Part shown: positions 60,480 to 64,000 of the stretch, piece after piece | Layout of the letters: each line of letters opens with the position of its first letter | Numbering within the stretch: position 1 is the first letter of the stretch | Assembly: GCA_013239625.1 (NCBI GenBank) | Contig: MU056116.1 | Coordinates: 1 to 64,000, forward strand | DNA length: 64,000 nt | Direction of reading: 5' to 3' | From: Lama guanicoe | Lineage: Eukaryota | Translations under genes and position numbers: made by a program | The notes under the pieces: model-generated | What the model was told of the DNA's origin: nothing | What the model saw: the letters and a program-made list of their open reading frames with translations, nothing else | Database searches by the model: none

Positions 60480-61730
60480 AAAAGTGCAGATCATTAGAAC
60501 CCGCTAGGAGAAATGATCAAAACACTAATTCTGGAAGACATTAATGCACCAACTCAGAATTTGCCAGATGGGGACAAGAAATAAATAAGGAAAGAAAAGG
60601 ATTTTCACATTGCAATTAGCATGTTTATTTTTGTAGACACATATTGAATTTTGTACCCTACAAATAGAGACAAGGCTTTTTTTTTTAAAGATCATAGAAT
60701 ATTTACAGAATCTGGTTATATGTAGGCTAAAGAAAAACTTAATTACATACTTCAAAGTAGAAATTACACAGGTCACACTATTTAACCAAAATGTATTAAA
60801 TCCAGAAATAGTCTGAAAATGAATAAGAAAAAATAAATTTTAAGTACTGGGACATTTTGAAAGCACTCTTTCAAATAGTTTTGAGTCAAAAAGCAAATCA
60901 ATTATTGCCAAAGTAAATTTACAAATGATTTAGAAATGAATAATAATGATAAAATACAAATCAGTCCTATAGTATGCCATCAGTTCCAATTCGTAGCTTT
61001 ACAAACCTTTACTATTGGAGAAGAAAGATTTTAAAGAATTAACTATGTGTTTAACTCAAGAAGTTACAAAAGAATAAAAGTGAGCAAAAATGCAGGTGTT
61101 AATCACAATAAAAGAACATGATAAGTTACAAATAAAACTGGAGAAATCAAGATTCTGTTCTTGGAAAAGATTAACAAAACAAAGAAGCTTTCAGGAAGTG
61201 CAAACAAAGGAAAAAAAGAAAGCAATTATAACACACAGTATTTGGAATTAAAAAGAGAATATAATCACAGAGATAAAACTTAAACTTTTAAGATAAAGTC
61301 CATTTTGTCCTCCATAGAAGTAGTGTTCTTAATAGTGACAAATAACTAAATGTTCATTAACAGGATAAAGTACTTGTGGTATGTCCATTCCATGGAATAT
61401 TATGCTGCCATGAAAAATAAGGAGACAGATCTTTATAAACTAATATGGAAAAATTAGAACTGTGTTTATAGAATGCTTTAATTTGTGTAAAAAGGGGTGG
61501 ATATATTTGTGTCTTGTCTTCCATCTACATGATAGTATCTCTAGAAGAAAGTATCAGCAATTGATAACATTGTATATATATTTGGGTATCCCATACGGTA
61601 GAAACTGATCATATGGGGAATAGGAGGAAGATAGAGATTTTTATTGCATACACTTTTATACTTTTTGATCTTTGAAGTTTGTGAATGTACTGCATATTCA
61701 ACAAATTAAATAAATAAGATAAAACTGAAT
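60480..61730 (+). mobile_element. Old L1ME-type fragments (ORF2 5' part and 3' end)
   Basis: catagaatatttacag...aaaaacttaattac; ttggaaaagattaacaaa; tggtatgtccattccatggaatattatgctgccatgaaaa. Confidence 0.78.
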
Positions 61731-62009
61731 ATAGTTTAAGGTAATAAATTTAGGGATCTAGCTGTGGTTGATGTCTTTCTGATGTATTATAAGAACTGAC
61801 GGGAGAAAGGTACCAAACCTACCAGATGCCCCCACCTGACTCACTGCAGAGACTTGCCCATTCTCTGCTGGAAGACTTCTTCAAAGTGGTCCCTCTGTCT
61901 CTCCCTCCTGCTGCTGCTCTGGGCTGCGCTGTGGACCAGGCCTCTGACCAGGCTTCCCACCTTGGCTGCTCACCCCCTCAGTGTCTGGTGGAACTGGAAA
62001 GACCACTAG

Positions 62010-62230
62010 CTCTAGACGCTGGTGGTGGGGAGTTGCCACCCTGCCTCTGTCACTTAGTGGCTTCATGATTCTGAGTTAATGTTACCTTTTGAGGCCCCCA
62101 TTCCTCACCTGGAAAATGGGAAAAAGTATTACAGCCTCTCCATCACAGGACTTCTCTGAAGGTCGGATAGAGAGTGAAGGAGATGTGCCCAGTGGAGGGA
62201 GGATCGGTATCGTGCACCCAGTGAACGTTA
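62010..62230 (+). mobile_element. MIR SINE
   Basis: ctctgtcacttagtgg...ttcctcacctggaaaatggg...ctcacagg-like core. Confidence 0.65.
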
Positions 62231-62269
62231 ACTCTTTCTGCAAATATGCTTGAACCCTATCTTGGCAGG

Positions 62270-62460
62270 CACGGAGCTGCGCCGCTCGGCCCGCCTTCCG
62301 GAAGAGTGTGTCTCCCCGTGGCCAGTGCCCAATGGCAGGGGCTTTGGTGCTTCTGTCCTGCAGCCCGATGCTGTGTCCTCTCTTGTCCCTCCCTGACACA
62401 CCCCTTGTTCTGCTCACTCTCTCTTAGCATCTGCTTCTGGAAGAATCCAACCTGCCAGCT
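62270..62460 (+). mobile_element. Old ERVL LTR 3' fragment (LTR16/33-like)
   Basis: Ends tcttagcatctgcttctggaagaatccaacctgccag. Confidence 0.55.
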
Positions 62461-63439
62461 TATGAGTTTACTCTACCCGACCCCTTGCAGCTAAAAGATA
62501 AAGTCCTAACTCACAGGTTTGGCCTCTGTGCCTCAAAGGCCAGTCCCTCATTTCTTCATCCCACAGTTCTGCGCATCCTTCAGGAGAAACAGTTCTTCCC
62601 AGTCTTCCTTGAGACTTTCAGACAGCCATACCCCTCCAAGCCCTCAGGCCTCCCCATCCATCGTTCCCAGGCTTGTCTGGGGTGACAGGCAAAAACTGGA
62701 ACTGACCTGAGCAACGGGGACCGCCAACTCACTCCTCTGGGGTAAACTCGACGGGAACAATTTGCCTTAATTTCCCCTGCATTCTCTGCACCCTCAGTAA
62801 CAATGAAGGGACTGTTGAACTTAAATTAGAAGTTTCATGAGATACAGAATTATTTTATTACTTCAAATTGACACAATATTGCAAACTGACTATACTTCAA
62901 TTAAACAATTAAAAAAGAAACCTTGACGAGTAAAAAAAAAGTAGACTTATCCACTGAATAGAATGATACATTTAACCACCAGTATTATGTTCCTGTGTGA
63001 TTCTAATAAATGCAGCCCCCTGGTTCTCTCAACGCTCCCTTCTGCTGAGGGTGGGTGTGCCACGTGTGTTCTTCTCCACGGTGTTGCGATTTTATAGAAC
63101 TATGAAGTGAATCAAATTCCTTCACATAAATCTCAGTAACTGTGTCCAAGAAGTCATCCCACACAGCGCCAGGGGGAGGTGGACTCCTCGCCTGACATCC
63201 GTGTCCAGGTTGTCAGTTCCAGGCTGATTCACACAGCCCAGCCCTGGGAAGGATGCTCGGACTAACAGAGAGTGACCTCTGAGGGAGGACCAGATAGACA
63301 GGCTGAGTGCACAAATCCTTCTGAACTCGGGGCATGTCTTCAGCAGGGGGACTTATGTGTTTCTTTTGATTGACTGTCCTTACACAGATCTCTGAGAGAG
63401 AAGGATGACACAGAGCATCTAAAGGCATCTGGGGGAAGG

Positions 63440-63870
63440 CTGAATTAGGAGCACAGGACCTGAGAACTGGATGAATGCTAAATGCTATGTAGTCCAGTCT
63501 CCTGAGATTGCAGGTGAGGAGACAGAAGCCTGCAGAGGGGAAGAGATCCCCTAGCTAGTTTTTGGAAGAGTAAGTCTTCAGACCTCCGTCTTCAAATGTC
63601 TACTCCCAGGCCTTCCTCCACTCTCTCCCTCAGTGAGACTCTGAGTGGTAACAATTACTGCTAATGTTCACGGGCACCCTGAGCCGAGCGCTTTTCCCTC
63701 ATTGTCCTGGTTAATTCCACCAACAAGCCTGCGGAGCTGGTACTTTAATTGCCCTTTTATAGATGAGGAAACCTAGGCTCAGAGAGTTTGAAAACTTGTC
63801 CACAATTAGACAGCTAGTAAATGCTGCTGCAGGATTGGGATCCAGTGGCAGCATCCAGAATGCGGACCGC
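63440..63870 (-). mobile_element. Two adjacent MIR fragments
   Basis: gcaggtgaggagacagaagcc; ccttttatagatgaggaaacctaggctcagagagtttgaaaacttgtcca. Confidence 0.8.
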
Positions 63871-64000
63871 GACCGTTGCCCGATCTGACCTCTGCCTGGG
63901 AGCATCTGTACCCCCGGCCCACCCTCAGCGGCGATGGGGAGTGTATTTCATTCTCCACTTGGGTATCCCTTGTGCGATGAAAGTAGGAACAAATGTTCTA

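Overview
Eukaryotic, mammalian non-coding DNA with five assembly gaps. The genome is most likely camelid (alpaca, llama or camel), inferred from two tRNA-Ala-derived vic-1-like SINEs. I find no credible protein-coding exon, RNA gene, CRISPR array or prokaryote-type system. A large share of the window is recognisable transposon relic: a decayed ERVL provirus (gag, protease, RT with YMDD, integrase, dUTPase; about 0.8-4.1 kb), many L1 3' ends and older L1M fragments, L2, MIR, MLT1/MLT2 and LTR16-like LTRs, MER44B, MER5A and MER3 DNA elements, and two solo LTRs of one ERV1-type family with perfect 4-bp TSDs. The repeat-free stretches contain short CpG-rich patches and homeodomain/PBX/MEIS/octamer motif clusters, which fits a regulatory gene desert or a large intron (inference). 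The best second-look items are a TSD-bounded head-to-head L1 composite, strong AT-to-GC drift in some repeats, a palindrome centred between purine and pyrimidine tracts, and a few candidate non-coding exon and promoter signals. Repeat family names come from recalled consensus motifs, not a database search, and most boundaries are approximate. I cannot support a claim of a novel biological system here.
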